Below are positions 50,645-60,565 of a stretch of DNA of 64,000 nucleotides, piece by piece. The stretch is from assembly GCA_050309605.1 (NCBI GenBank), contig JBNRMN010000033.1, positions 1-64,000 on the forward strand, read 5' to 3'. Each line of letters starts with the position of its first letter. The first letter of the stretch is position 1. Source of the stretch: Anaerohalosphaeraceae bacterium. Its GTDB lineage: Bacteria; Planctomycetota; Phycisphaerae; Sedimentisphaerales; Anaerohalosphaeraceae. The translations under genes and the position numbers were made by a program. The notes beneath the pieces are model-generated. The model did no database searches. It saw only the letters and a list, made by a program, of their open reading frames with translations, and had not been told where the DNA came from.

Positions 50645-52579
50645 TTATCGTACATAGACTTGTCCGGCGTCGGTTACGAGCGTTTGGCCGGTGATGCGTC
50701 GGGCCTGGTCAGAGGCCAGAAAGACCACCGAGTCGGCGATGTCCTGCCCTTTGATTTCACGATTCAGCGCGGTCTTGCTGACATAATAGGGAATCACCTC
50801 GTCGGGCTTGATGCCGTATTTTTTGGCGCAGACTTTGATGTAGTCGGGGTTCCAGATTTTTGAGCCTTCAAAGACGTTGCCGGGACAGACGCTGTTGACG
50901 CGGATGTTGTGCGGTCCCAGCTCCAGCGCCCAGCCGCGGGCCATGTGGATTTCGCCGGCCTTGGTGGCGTTGTAGGGGGTGTTGTTTTTGCTTGGTTCCA
51001 GGCCGGATTTGGAACTGATGTTGATGATGGCTCCGCCGATGTTCTGGATGATCATCAGTCGGGCCGCCGCCTGTGCCATCAAGAAGTAACCGGTCAGATT
51101 GACCTCGAGGGCAAACCGCCATTTGTCCACGGGCAGATCCACCATGGAAAAGGCCGGCGCAACCCCGGCGGCGTTAACCAGAATATCCAGTCCGCCCCAG
51201 GCGTCCATCAGGGTTTGAAATGTTGTCTGGACGGCTTGCTCATCGGTGACGTTGCACGGCAGCGGGAGGGTCGAGATGTCGGGACGTTCGGCGGCGATGA
51301 GCTGAGCCGTTTGGCCGATGGCCTCGGCGTCAATATCAGCCAGACCGACGCTGGCCCCGGCACGAGCCAGGCCGATGGCGATGCTGCGTCCCAGTCCGCT
51401 GCCGGCGCCGGTGACCACCGCCAGGCGACCGCTCAGGACGCCGTCGGGCGCGGGGATCGCTTTGGATTCGGCATAACAAGCCGCCAGGGCGGCGGGGACG
51501 CTTCGCAATCCGCCCCCGCGCAGGGCGTTGCGGCGAACCTGTATATACGAGCGGGCGCATCGGCCGATGAAGGGCATTTGATTGGCCGGCGCGGCCGTAA
51601 ACAACCCCAGCCCCTTGACGGCAAAAGCGACCGGCAGGGGTTTGTCGGCCTGCTTGATTTTTGCCAGCTTTCGGGTCAGTGCCGCCGCATCGAGTGTTTC
51701 AAGCCAGATCGGGCCGCCGTGGAGTACCGCCGCTTCATCGGGTGTGATGGCGCCGCCGCGACAGAGGGATTTGGCGTTGGGGCCGGACAGTAACGCGCGA
51801 GTCTTGCCGTCCAGCCAGCCGCGAACGGCGACATATCCGCCGCCGGCATAGAAGACGGCCTGACGAATGGCCGCGCGAACGGCATTGAGTGAATCGGTAT
51901 CAATGGAGGCGGGCTTAAGCGGTTTGAGCACGGTTTGCCGCTCGGCGAAAACGGCGACGGTTTTTTTGACCCGCCGCAGCGCCGCGGCCGGTGTGGCGGC
52001 ACTGACCAACAGGCCGTGATTCTGCATGATCATCACCTCAGGCCGGCGACCGTGTTCGGCTTCGTAGCGAGCCGCAAGCGTTTGTATCGTTCGAGCACAA
52101 GGGCGGCCCAAATCCTTGTACGGAATCCATAGGGGAGGATATTTGTCTTTGGCAAACAGTTTGTCAACGATGCGTTGGCCGTCTTTGGCACAGGCCGCGG
52201 CCAGCACCGCCTCCGGATGCAGATGAATGACCGCCTTATCGAGCAGGGCATGGAAGAATGTTTCCACCGACGGCTTGATGTGGGCGGGCTGATCGTCGTC
52301 GCAGGCCAGCAGCAGGGCCGCGTTAATCCGGGCGGCGCGCTGAGCAGGATCCAATTGGTTCAGGTGTTTGTCGTTGAGCAGTGTCAGGACATCGGCCACG
52401 CGCACCCGACGCCAGCCGTTTTTGTCGCTGACTTCAGACAGCGGCATACCGCTGGCTTTAATGATCATCCACTGTCCATCCTCAGTCTTGACGGATGTAT
52501 TGCCGAAATTGCCCAGCACCAGCGATGGGTCGCTGCCGACGGCGGTGGACATTCGAATCAGTTCATTCAGTGCGTCCAT
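50645..52579 (-). CDS. Bifunctional class II aldolase-like / short-chain dehydrogenase (RhaD-SDR-type fusion)
   Basis: GNTSVK, IKASG, PSVETFFH..HLHP, NHGL; TGAGSGLG, NAAG, YNATK. Confidence 0.85.
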   Translation of the reverse strand: MDALNELIRMSTAVGSDPSLVLGNFGNTSVKTEDGQWMIIKASGMPLSEVSDKNGWRRVRVADVLTLLNDKHLNQLDPAQRAARINAALLLACDDDQPAHIKPSVETFFHALLDKAVIHLHPEAVLAAACAKDGQRIVDKLFAKDKYPPLWIPYKDLGRPCARTIQTLAARYEAEHGRRPEVMIMQNHGLLVSAATPAAALRRVKKTVAVFAERQTVLKPLKPASIDTDSLNAVRAAIRQAVFYAGGGYVAVRGWLDGKTRALLSGPNAKSLCRGGAITPDEAAVLHGGPIWLETLDAAALTRKLAKIKQADKPLPVAFAVKGLGLFTAAPANQMPFIGRCARSYIQVRRNALRGGGLRSVPAALAACYAESKAIPAPDGVLSGRLAVVTGAGSGLGRSIAIGLARAGASVGLADIDAEAIGQTAQLIAAERPDISTLPLPCNVTDEQAVQTTFQTLMDAWGGLDILVNAAGVAPAFSMVDLPVDKWRFALEVNLTGYFLMAQAAARLMIIQNIGGAIINISSKSGLEPSKNNTPYNATKAGEIHMARGWALELGPHNIRVNSVCPGNVFEGSKIWNPDYIKVCAKKYGIKPDEVIPYYVSKTALNREIKGQDIADSVVFLASDQARRITGQTLVTDAGQVYVR

Positions 52580-52789
52580 AGTGCCTCTCATAAATAAAGA
52601 ATTCATACAAACACGCAGTATAACAGATCGATGCGAAAAGAAAAGATCGCTCCGGTCGAACTTCGTCGATAAAATCGTGCCCAACTGCGTCTGGACAGTC
52701 GGCGGCTGCGGGGTATAATAACATCATAAGCATGACGCGAAGCGAACCAAAATATTCTGAAATCTCCCCTCAAGGGATGGGCCGGGTTT

Positions 52790-53851
52790 ATGGATGAACA
52801 ACATCTGACTGTCGCGGCCGTCGGTTTGACGGGCTGTGCGGAAGTTCTGTTGGAAATTGCGTGGGAACTGCCGAGCCTGAAGATTGTTGCCGTCGGCGAT
52901 ACCGATCCGACCTGCGCCGAGGCGGCGGGGCGGAAATACGAGTGCGACAGTTATACCGACTATCGACAATTGATTGTCCGAAATAATGCCGACCTGCTGT
53001 TTATCGGCGCCCCGCCCCATCAAAGCACTGATCCTATCCGACAGGCCCTCCAGAAAAAGATGAATGTGCTGGCGGCCTGGCCGTGGGCGCTGAATTTTGA
53101 GCAAGGTGCTGAATTTATCAATCTGGCCAAACGGGAAGGGGTTTTGTTCACGGTGGCACAAAATGGTCGGTTTGGCCGGCCATTTGACCACATTATGAAG
53201 TTTTTACATACCAGTGTGGAACAATCCAATACGATTCACTTGGTTTCTGCGGTCTGTCATCTGCCGACAGGGCCGTTGGAGCCGTCGCAGCGCTGGCGGC
53301 TGGATCCGCAGTTGTCCGGCGGCGGAGTGCTTATGCAAAATTGCTATAACCTAATTGATGAGCTTGTGTTATGTTTCGGCCTGCCGCAGCGGGTCTATGC
53401 CCTGACGCAAAGCCAGGCACCCGACCGGCAGCAGCGGCTGAGCCTGACCGAGGATACGGCGGTGATGTCGATGCAGTTTTCTGATACGCTGATCGCTCAG
53501 CTTTGTGCCAGCCGCACGCTCGGCCCGGCCCGTCAGCATCTGCGAATTCACGGCAAAGATCAGCACTTAACCGCGACAGTGGACGAGGTCGTTATCTGCG
53601 ACAATGCCGGTCAGGAGCTGGATCGTGCGACCTATGCAAACGACCGACGCCCTTCCCTTGAACGGCTGCTGAACAACCTGGCCTCGCATATCGCCGACCC
53701 AAAAGAGAACTTGCTCTATCCTGAACATGGGATGGATTTGAATACGATAGCGGTCGTTGAATCGGCGTATCTGTCGGCACGCACCGGCATGGCCGAGGAG
53801 CCGGCGCGGATTTTGCGTTTGGCCGGGGCCGAAACGTCTGCTTTGCTGTGA
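52790..53851 (+). CDS. Gfo/Idh/MocA-family oxidoreductase-like protein (divergent)
   Basis: IVAVGD, YTDYRQL, WRLDPQLSGGGVL, EDTA, AYLSARTG. Confidence 0.75.
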   Translation: MDEQHLTVAAVGLTGCAEVLLEIAWELPSLKIVAVGDTDPTCAEAAGRKYECDSYTDYRQLIVRNNADLLFIGAPPHQSTDPIRQALQKKMNVLAAWPWALNFEQGAEFINLAKREGVLFTVAQNGRFGRPFDHIMKFLHTSVEQSNTIHLVSAVCHLPTGPLEPSQRWRLDPQLSGGGVLMQNCYNLIDELVLCFGLPQRVYALTQSQAPDRQQRLSLTEDTAVMSMQFSDTLIAQLCASRTLGPARQHLRIHGKDQHLTATVDEVVICDNAGQELDRATYANDRRPSLERLLNNLASHIADPKENLLYPEHGMDLNTIAVVESAYLSARTGMAEEPARILRLAGAETSALL

Positions 53852-53931
53852 TGGCGAAACCGGCAATCAAACGGGATTTTTACTTGAAAACCCTGTTTTT
53901 GTTGACTATAAGAAATACTTTTAATGCATTG

Positions 53932-54264
53932 ATGGGAATAAAAAGCAGCGATTATTGTTCTCAATGCCCGCAAAAAGACGGCTGCAAAGAGGTTTACCAG
54001 CGACTGGGCCAAAGCGATGCGCCGCCGGTAACGGGCAAGGTGTTTTGGGCGTTTGTGGCGCCGATCGGGCTTTTTACGGGCTTGCTGGTCGGGTTTGATC
54101 GATGGCTGCCTCGCGCATGGGCTGACCCGCTTCGTGTTTTGGTGGTGTTTGGATTCAGTGCGGTATTCACCGTTGCGGCGGTGTGGCTGGGCAAGGTCTT
54201 GCGCAATCGTCGGACAAAGACCGCGCCCCGCCGGCCGCGGCGTCGCGATTGGCCGTCTCATTAA
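53932..54264 (+). CDS. RseC-like small membrane protein
   Basis: CSQC...C motif followed by two TM helices; immediately upstream of rnfC. Confidence 0.6.
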   Translation: MGIKSSDYCSQCPQKDGCKEVYQRLGQSDAPPVTGKVFWAFVAPIGLFTGLLVGFDRWLPRAWADPLRVLVVFGFSAVFTVAAVWLGKVLRNRRTKTAPRRPRRRDWPSH

Positions 54265-54329
54265 CAGAATGATTCAGTTCGGCAGCGCGTGCTGTTGGGC
54301 TGTGAGCACATAATAAAACGGGATTATCT

Positions 54330-55703
54330 ATGGCGATACAAAGCAGCAAGGCGACTTTTCCGGGTGGTGTGCATCCGCCTGAAAACAAACAACTCAGCGA
54401 ACACTGCGCGATAGAGCCGGTTTCGCCGCCCAAACAAGCGGCTATCCTGCTCAGCCAGCATCTGGGCGCACCGTGTCAGCCTGTGGTGGCCAAGCGCGAC
54501 ACCGTCCAGGCCGGGCAGATGATCGGCAAAAGCGACGCCTTTGTCTCAGCGCCGGTGCATTCGCCGGTCAGCGGCACGGTCAAGGACATCGCGCTGCAGT
54601 CGCATCCGGTCGTCGGGCGAACGACGGCGATCTTGATTGAAACCGATCCGGACAGCGTTGCCGAGTCAAAGCCGCCGTTTGACCGGTTCGATTCAGGCTT
54701 CAGCACCGAGCCGTATTCGGTCGAGCAGATCTGCAAGGCAGTCCATGACGGCGGTTTGGTCGGTATGGGCGGGGCGGGCTTTCCGACGCGGGTCAAGATC
54801 GAGCCGAATCCGGCGATGCCCAAGGAGATTTTGCTGATCAACGGCTGTGAGTGTGAGCCGTTTATTACGTGCGATTATCGGCTGATGCTGGAGGGAACGT
54901 GGCACGTGCTGGCGGGGATTCGTCTGGCGGCCAAGGCCTGCGGCGTCGAAAAGGTGCGGATTGGTATCGAGGACAACAAGCCGCAGGCTGTCGGTGTGAT
55001 GACCGAGGCGGCTGCGTCGGTCAAAGATTTGGATATTCAGGTTGTCGCCATCAAGACCAAGTACCCGCAGGGCGGGGAACGGCAGTTGATTCGATCCCTG
55101 CTGAGCAAGACCGTTCCGACCGGCAAGATTCCGCCGACCATCGGCGTGTGCGTGCTGAATGTTGCCACCTGCGCGGCCATTGCCGAGGCGGTCGTACTGA
55201 ACACGCCGCTGACCCATCGCGTTACGACTGTTACGGGTCAGGCGATTGCCAAACCCGGCAATTATTATGTGCCCGTCGGAATGACGGTGGGCGATCTGAT
55301 TGAACAGTGCGGCGGACTGACCGAACAGGCGGCCAAAGTCGTGTTGGGCGGGCCGATGATGGGCTTTGCCGTTGCGGATTTGACGACGCCGCTGACCAAG
55401 ACCAGCGGGGCGGTCACGGTACTGACGCAGGAGGATGTCACTCGGGCCAAACACTACAAACAGCAAACGCCGTGCATTCGCTGCGGCCGCTGTCTGACGG
55501 CCTGTCCGGAAGGGCTGAACCCGACCAAGATTGCCCATGCGGTCAAACATAATCGGATGGACCTTGCCGAGCGGTATTATATGTCCGCCTGTATTGAGTG
55601 CGGCTGCTGCAGCTATGTCTGTCCGGCCAATATCGAGATCACCGGTTATATCAAGACCGGCAAAATTCTGGTCGCACGGGCCAAGAAGAGGATGCAGGCG
55701 TAA
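54330..55703 (+). CDS. rnfC: Rnf electron transport complex subunit C
   Basis: FPGGVHP, HSPVSG, GMGGAGFPT, NGCECEP, KYPQGGE, CIRCGRC, CIECGCCSYVCP. Confidence 0.96.
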   Translation: MAIQSSKATFPGGVHPPENKQLSEHCAIEPVSPPKQAAILLSQHLGAPCQPVVAKRDTVQAGQMIGKSDAFVSAPVHSPVSGTVKDIALQSHPVVGRTTAILIETDPDSVAESKPPFDRFDSGFSTEPYSVEQICKAVHDGGLVGMGGAGFPTRVKIEPNPAMPKEILLINGCECEPFITCDYRLMLEGTWHVLAGIRLAAKACGVEKVRIGIEDNKPQAVGVMTEAAASVKDLDIQVVAIKTKYPQGGERQLIRSLLSKTVPTGKIPPTIGVCVLNVATCAAIAEAVVLNTPLTHRVTTVTGQAIAKPGNYYVPVGMTVGDLIEQCGGLTEQAAKVVLGGPMMGFAVADLTTPLTKTSGAVTVLTQEDVTRAKHYKQQTPCIRCGRCLTACPEGLNPTKIAHAVKHNRMDLAERYYMSACIECGCCSYVCPANIEITGYIKTGKILVARAKKRMQA

Positions 55704-55835
55704 TAAAACTATAAGTCAAAAAGAAAAAATCAAAATGACAATGCAGAAAGTTAAGTAAAAAAGCACGCGATGCTCTGCGGTTTGACCTTTTTGAATTTTG
55801 AATTGTCATTTTGTATTTAACAGTGTGCTTTTTGG
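55704..55835. repeat. AT-rich fold-back element between rnfC and rnfD
   Basis: caaaatgacaat (55731-55742) / attgtcattttg (55802-55813) within A-rich and T-rich arms. Confidence 0.55.
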
Positions 55836-55882
55836 TATCGTCGAGTTGTCATTGGTTTTACAGTTGAAGATAGGGATGATTG

Positions 55883-56893
55883 ATGCTTAGCAAAATAACC
55901 GTATCGCCGGCGCCGCATATCAGTCAGAAGCTTTCGACGCGTCGTGTGATGGCTGATGTGTTGATCGGGCTGCTGCCGGCGGTGATCGCTGCCGGGGTGT
56001 TCTTTCGGCTGCGGGCGCTGCTGGTCATTGCCGTCTGTGTGATTGCGTGTGTGGTCAGTGAGTGGCTGTGCAATGTCATTCGCAAACGATCCGCATCTAT
56101 TGGCGATTTGAGTGCGGTGGTGACCGGCGTGATTTTGGCGCTGTCGCTGCCGCCGCGCGTGCCGTATTCGGCGGTGATTGTCGGCAGTGTGTTTGCGATT
56201 GTGATTGCCAAGATGGTTTTCGGGGGGCTGGGGTCCAATGTGTTCAATCCGGCTATGGCGGCGCGGGCGTTTATGGCCGCTTCGTTCGGCGCGGCGATGA
56301 CCACCTGGACGGTTCCGGCTACGGTGGATGCGTCGCTGCCGACCATTGCCGCGGCCAACACCAGCGCTACGACCCAGGCGACCCCGCTGGCCTGGAGCAA
56401 GGCCGTTCAGAAAGGCCAGGTCAAAGCCAACTATATCAATGAGCAAACCACGTGGGCGTTCTGGGGTGAAGTGGGCGGCTGTCTGGGCGAGACCAGCGGG
56501 CTGGCGCTGCTGATCGGCGGGGCGTATCTGCTGATTCGCCGGACGATTACGTGGCATATTCCCGCAGCGGTGCTGCTGTCGGCCGGGGCGATTGCGCTGG
56601 CGGCTTGGCTGATCAAACCGGAGGCCTATGTCAATCCGCTGCTGCATCTGTTTGGCGGCGGGCTGCTGATTTGTGCGTTTTTCATCGCCACGGATCCGGT
56701 TACCGCGCCGCTGAGCGTCAAGGGGATGTGGATTTTCGGCATCGGCGTCGGAGCGCTGATTATGCTGATTCGCGTCGTCGGCGAATATCCGGAGGGCGTG
56801 ATGTATGCGGTGCTGATTATGAACGCTTTTACGCCGCTGATAGATCGATTCTGCAAGTTGACTCCCGCAGGAGGTGTGCCTGATGTTAGCTAA
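55883..56893 (+). CDS. rnfD: Rnf complex subunit D
   Basis: SPAPHI, FGGLGSNVFNPA, TQATPL (FMN Thr), LGETS, FFIATDP, YPEG. Confidence 0.95.
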   Translation: MLSKITVSPAPHISQKLSTRRVMADVLIGLLPAVIAAGVFFRLRALLVIAVCVIACVVSEWLCNVIRKRSASIGDLSAVVTGVILALSLPPRVPYSAVIVGSVFAIVIAKMVFGGLGSNVFNPAMAARAFMAASFGAAMTTWTVPATVDASLPTIAAANTSATTQATPLAWSKAVQKGQVKANYINEQTTWAFWGEVGGCLGETSGLALLIGGAYLLIRRTITWHIPAAVLLSAGAIALAAWLIKPEAYVNPLLHLFGGGLLICAFFIATDPVTAPLSVKGMWIFGIGVGALIMLIRVVGEYPEGVMYAVLIMNAFTPLIDRFCKLTPAGGVPDVS

Positions 56894-57512
56894 AATCAAA
56901 TACTATGTTGAACAAAGCTGGGTGCTGATGATCGCGGCGATCGTCTTTGGCACACTGCTGGCCATCACGGACGCGGCCTGGAAGCCGCGCATCGAACAGA
57001 ATGCCGTCAACCGGTTTACTGAATTGGCCGGCCGGCTGCTGTCCGATGCGATCCGGTTTGAATCGGCAACTCCTGAACCGCTGACAATCGACATCGACGG
57101 CAAGTCCGTGTCGGTGGATGTCAAACGCGGGCTGAACGCGGCCGGTCAAACCGTTGGCTGGGCGTTTGTCTGTACCGGCTCGGGCTTTGCCGACAAGATT
57201 CAGTTGGTCGCGGCCGTGGATGCGGCGTTTGAAACCCTTGCCGGTTTTCGGGTGCTCAGCAGCAATGAGACGCCGGGCTTTGGCGATAAAATCAATATCA
57301 CGCCCGATGAAGGCGGCTTTTTTCAGCCGCAGTTTGTCGGCGCTCCGGTCGGTTCGCTGACACTGGTCAAGACCGGCGATCCGCAAGAAATAAACGACCA
57401 GATCATCGCCATCAGCGGCGCGACCGTTTCCAGTCAGGCCGTGGTGGATACGTTCAATGCCTATTTAGTTCCGCTCAGGGAAACGCTGGCTGCCGAAGGG
57501 CTGCTGCCGTGA
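56883..57512 (+). CDS. rnfG: Rnf complex subunit G (FMN-binding)
   Basis: N-terminal TM; GF, ETPGFG, AISGATVSS. Confidence 0.9.
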   Translation: MLAKIKYYVEQSWVLMIAAIVFGTLLAITDAAWKPRIEQNAVNRFTELAGRLLSDAIRFESATPEPLTIDIDGKSVSVDVKRGLNAAGQTVGWAFVCTGSGFADKIQLVAAVDAAFETLAGFRVLSSNETPGFGDKINITPDEGGFFQPQFVGAPVGSLTLVKTGDPQEINDQIIAISGATVSSQAVVDTFNAYLVPLRETLAAEGLLP

Positions 57513-57578
57513 ATCAAAATGTATGGTTTTCGATGGGCTGTAAAATGACCGTCGCTGACAAGAGAGGAATCGCTTAGA

Positions 57579-58178
57579 ATGGCCGAGCAACGTTTGCAAA
57601 AGACCTTTACCGCGGGGTTGTGGCACAATAATCCGGTGCTGCGGCTGCTGCTGGGGATGTGTCCGGTGCTGGCGGTGACCGCTGCGCTGAAGCCGGCACT
57701 GACGATGGGATTGAGTGTGATTTTCGTGCTGACCTGTTCGAATGTTGTTGTCAGTCTGATGAAGCATCTGCTCAAGCCGCATCTGCGGATTTTGATGTTT
57801 ACGCTGACCATTTCGACGTTTGTTACGATTGCGGACTTGTACCTCAGGGCGTTTCAGCCGGAAATGAGCGCGGCGCTGGGGCCGTATATCCCGCTGATCA
57901 TCGTCAACTGCATCATCATCGGGCGGGCCGAGGCCTGCGCCAGTAAAAGTCCGCTGACAGTCAGTCTGGTCGATGCGCTGGGGATGGGTGCGGGCTTCAC
58001 GTTGACGCTGTGCGCACTGGCGGCGGTACGGGAGCTGCTGTCCACCGGCAAGCTGTTTGAAATCACCATCATGCCGTCGTGGTTTATGCCGTGGGCGGCG
58101 ATGGGTATGCCCGTCGGGGCGTTCGTAACGCTTGGGCTGATGCTGGCGGGCGTGAATTTGATGACGCGAAAAACGTAA
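57579..58178 (+). CDS. rnfE: Rnf complex subunit E
   Basis: NPVL..LGMCPVLAVT, IPLIIVNCIIIGRAE, VRELL. Confidence 0.93.
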   Translation: MAEQRLQKTFTAGLWHNNPVLRLLLGMCPVLAVTAALKPALTMGLSVIFVLTCSNVVVSLMKHLLKPHLRILMFTLTISTFVTIADLYLRAFQPEMSAALGPYIPLIIVNCIIIGRAEACASKSPLTVSLVDALGMGAGFTLTLCALAAVRELLSTGKLFEITIMPSWFMPWAAMGMPVGAFVTLGLMLAGVNLMTRKT

Positions 58179-58335
58179 ATGTCTTATCAGAAAATAGAAA
58201 TCCGAAACCATGTCAAATGACTGAAATCCACATGTTCAAAACAAGATATTCGTTCGTGGACGGAGTGCTTTTGTTGTTTGTATTTTGTTTTTTTGTGTTT
58301 GTTTCGGATTTTGACATTCGTACTTCGAATTTAAA
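58179..58335. repeat. AT-rich fold-back element between rnfE and rnfA
   Basis: aaatccgaaac (58198-58208) / gtttcggattt (58301-58311) with degenerate short repeats. Confidence 0.55.
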
Positions 58336-58349
58336 CGGGACGATGTAAT

Positions 58350-58937
58350 ATGGATACTTTACAAACCCTGCTGCTGGCGTTTATCGGCATTGTGATTGTC
58401 AACAATCTGGTGCTGACGAAGTTTTTGGGCATCTGTCCCTATCTGGGCGTGTCGGGTCGTATCGATATGGCCTTCGGGATGGGCTGTGCGGTAACGTTTG
58501 TCGTGACGCTGGCCGGGACGCTGACGTGGATCATCGACCATACGTTTCTGATTCCGTATTCGCTGGAGGTGATGCGGTATCTGTGCTTTATTATGGTCAT
58601 CGCCGGCGCGGTGCAGCTTGTGGAAATGTACGTGCGCAAGTTTTTCCCGCCGCTGTATGAGAGCTTCGGCATCTTTCTGCCGCTGATTACGACCAACTGT
58701 GCGATCCTTGGGCTGTGTCTGTTTTTGAATTTGTGGGAGATTGACAGCCTGATCCATGCGGTGGTGCTCAGCATCGGGGCGGGCGCGGGCTTTACGCTGG
58801 CGATCTGCATCATGGCCGGCATCCGTGAAAATCTGGAACTGGCCGATGTGCCTGAGGTGATGCAGGGCGCGCCGATCACACTGGTGACGGCCGGTCTGCT
58901 GACGCTGGCGTTTATGGGGTTTGCGGGGATGATCTGA
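58350..58937 (+). CDS. rnfA: Rnf complex subunit A
   Basis: NNLVLTKFLGICPYLGVS, LPLITTNCAILG, GIRE, AFMGFAG. Confidence 0.95.
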   Translation: MDTLQTLLLAFIGIVIVNNLVLTKFLGICPYLGVSGRIDMAFGMGCAVTFVVTLAGTLTWIIDHTFLIPYSLEVMRYLCFIMVIAGAVQLVEMYVRKFFPPLYESFGIFLPLITTNCAILGLCLFLNLWEIDSLIHAVVLSIGAGAGFTLAICIMAGIRENLELADVPEVMQGAPITLVTAGLLTLAFMGFAGMI

Positions 58938-59011
58938 TGGCGTCTGCGGTTTTCAATTTCAACATGTCAAATTTTTGGGTGAGATCGACAGCCGAAAACA
59001 GGATATAGAAA

Positions 59012-59875
59012 ATGATGGATTTGATTCAAAACGTCTGGCCGGCGGCGCTGCTGGCGGTGGGATTGGCGTCGTTGTTTGCGTTGATATTACTGATCGCCAG
59101 TATCAAGCTGCGGGTCGAGGTGGATCCGAAAGTCGAAGAAGTTCACAAAGCCCTGCCCGGCATTGATTGCGGAGCGTGCGGTTTTGCCGGGTGTGCGGCC
59201 TACGCCAAGGCGGTCGCGGCTGATCCGGAGCTGATCGGACGCTGTGCGCCGGGCGGAGCGGAGGTGTGCGACGCGATCGGGCGCATCCTCAATCTTCAGA
59301 TCTCCGGCGGCGGCGCGCCGATGCGGCCGATTGTGCATTGCCGCGCCCATCGCGAGGACAAGCTGTTTTACGCCGAGTACCGCGGCATCGAAAGCTGCAC
59401 CAGCGCCAACGCCCAGCCGGACGTGCAGGCGTGCCATTTCGGGTGTCTGGGGTTTGGCGATTGCGTGCGGGCGTGCAAGTTCGACGCCCTGCACATTGTG
59501 GACGGGCTGTCCACGGTCAATTATCACAACTGCACCGGCTGCGGCGCCTGCGCCAAGGCCTGTCCGCGAAATCTCATCCGGATGGTTCCGTTTACGCAGG
59601 ATAATATGATGACTGTGGCGTGCAGCAGCCGCGAGAACGGCAAGACCACGCGCACGTTCTGCACGGTCGGCTGCATTGGCTGCGGCATCTGCGCCAAACA
59701 GAGCGATCTGTTTTCCGTGGCCGACAATCTGGCGACGCTGAACTACGCCGAATACGCCCCGTCCGAGGCGACGCAAAAGGCGATGGACAAATGCCCCACC
59801 GGCGTGATCGTCTATCGCGGCAAGACGGCCCCCGCGCCGCGCCAGCCAAAGCAAAAGACCGCCGCGGCGAGATAA
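59012..59875 (+). CDS. rnfB: Rnf complex subunit B (polyferredoxin)
   Basis: LPGIDCGACGFAGC, CLGFGDC..C, CTGCGACAKACP, CIGCGIC. Confidence 0.93.
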   Translation: MMDLIQNVWPAALLAVGLASLFALILLIASIKLRVEVDPKVEEVHKALPGIDCGACGFAGCAAYAKAVAADPELIGRCAPGGAEVCDAIGRILNLQISGGGAPMRPIVHCRAHREDKLFYAEYRGIESCTSANAQPDVQACHFGCLGFGDCVRACKFDALHIVDGLSTVNYHNCTGCGACAKACPRNLIRMVPFTQDNMMTVACSSRENGKTTRTFCTVGCIGCGICAKQSDLFSVADNLATLNYAEYAPSEATQKAMDKCPTGVIVYRGKTAPAPRQPKQKTAAAR

Positions 59876-59882
59876 CGGATCT

Positions 59883-60173
59883 CTAACTTGCCTGCGCGGA
59901 AGTTTCGGTGCGGCTTTTGCGTTGACAGGCGTCGGTCAGGGCGTTATAGACCCACGCGAAGATCAATCCGCCGATCCAGCCGTCGATTGCGCCCCAGACC
60001 AGCCCAACCAGACTGCCGACCGGTGTGATGGTGTAGCCGCGATAGACGCGCGACAGAAACGTCGCGCTCGAATCGCTGCCTTCAAACGCGATGATCCACC
60101 ACGTCAGAAAAAACAGCCCCAGCCCCCACACGATCCCGCAGGCTAACCCGAACGCTTTGATATTCAGCTTCAT
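59883..60173 (-). CDS. Small membrane protein of the 'bacteriophage holin'-annotated family
   Basis: MKLNIKAFGLACGIVWG..YRGY..GSLVGLVWGAIDG..FAWVYN. Confidence 0.7.
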   Translation of the reverse strand: MKLNIKAFGLACGIVWGLGLFFLTWWIIAFEGSDSSATFLSRVYRGYTITPVGSLVGLVWGAIDGWIGGLIFAWVYNALTDACQRKSRTETSAQAS

Positions 60174-60392
60174 CGCAGACCCCTTTCAAAAAAAGCCAAA
60201 GGTCAAAAAGCATAAATCAATAACCGAAATCGCCGGTTTGACTGCACCAATGCTTAAATTCCCATCAGGTTAATCAGAAGCGAGGTCGTTTCTCATTTGG
60301 TCATTGCGTCTTTTTTCCGATTTTAACCCTTCGATTGCCTGTAAACCGAGTGTATTCTATCTGAAACATCAGGACGGGGCAACGGTTTTGTT

Positions 60393-60551
60393 ACTCAAAT
60401 TGACCGATGGCCAGTTTGAGAGATCAAAAATCAAAGATTAAAGAGCAAAATTGAGGATTCGCCCTTTCGGGCAAGCTTTTTTACGGCCTTTTTGTGGTCA
60501 CTGTAACATCTTTTATAGAATGTACTTATGTCAAAACAGATCCGCTTTTCG
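60393..60551 (+). repeat. ~160-bp structured dispersed repeat, copy 2
   Basis: Aligns with 46555-46720. Confidence 0.85.
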
Positions 60552-60565
60552 GTCAGCTTGAGTTG

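Noticed and set aside
59883..60173. Holin-like gene as evidence of a prophage
   Set aside because: No endolysin, structural or integrase genes nearby; flanked by housekeeping genes.
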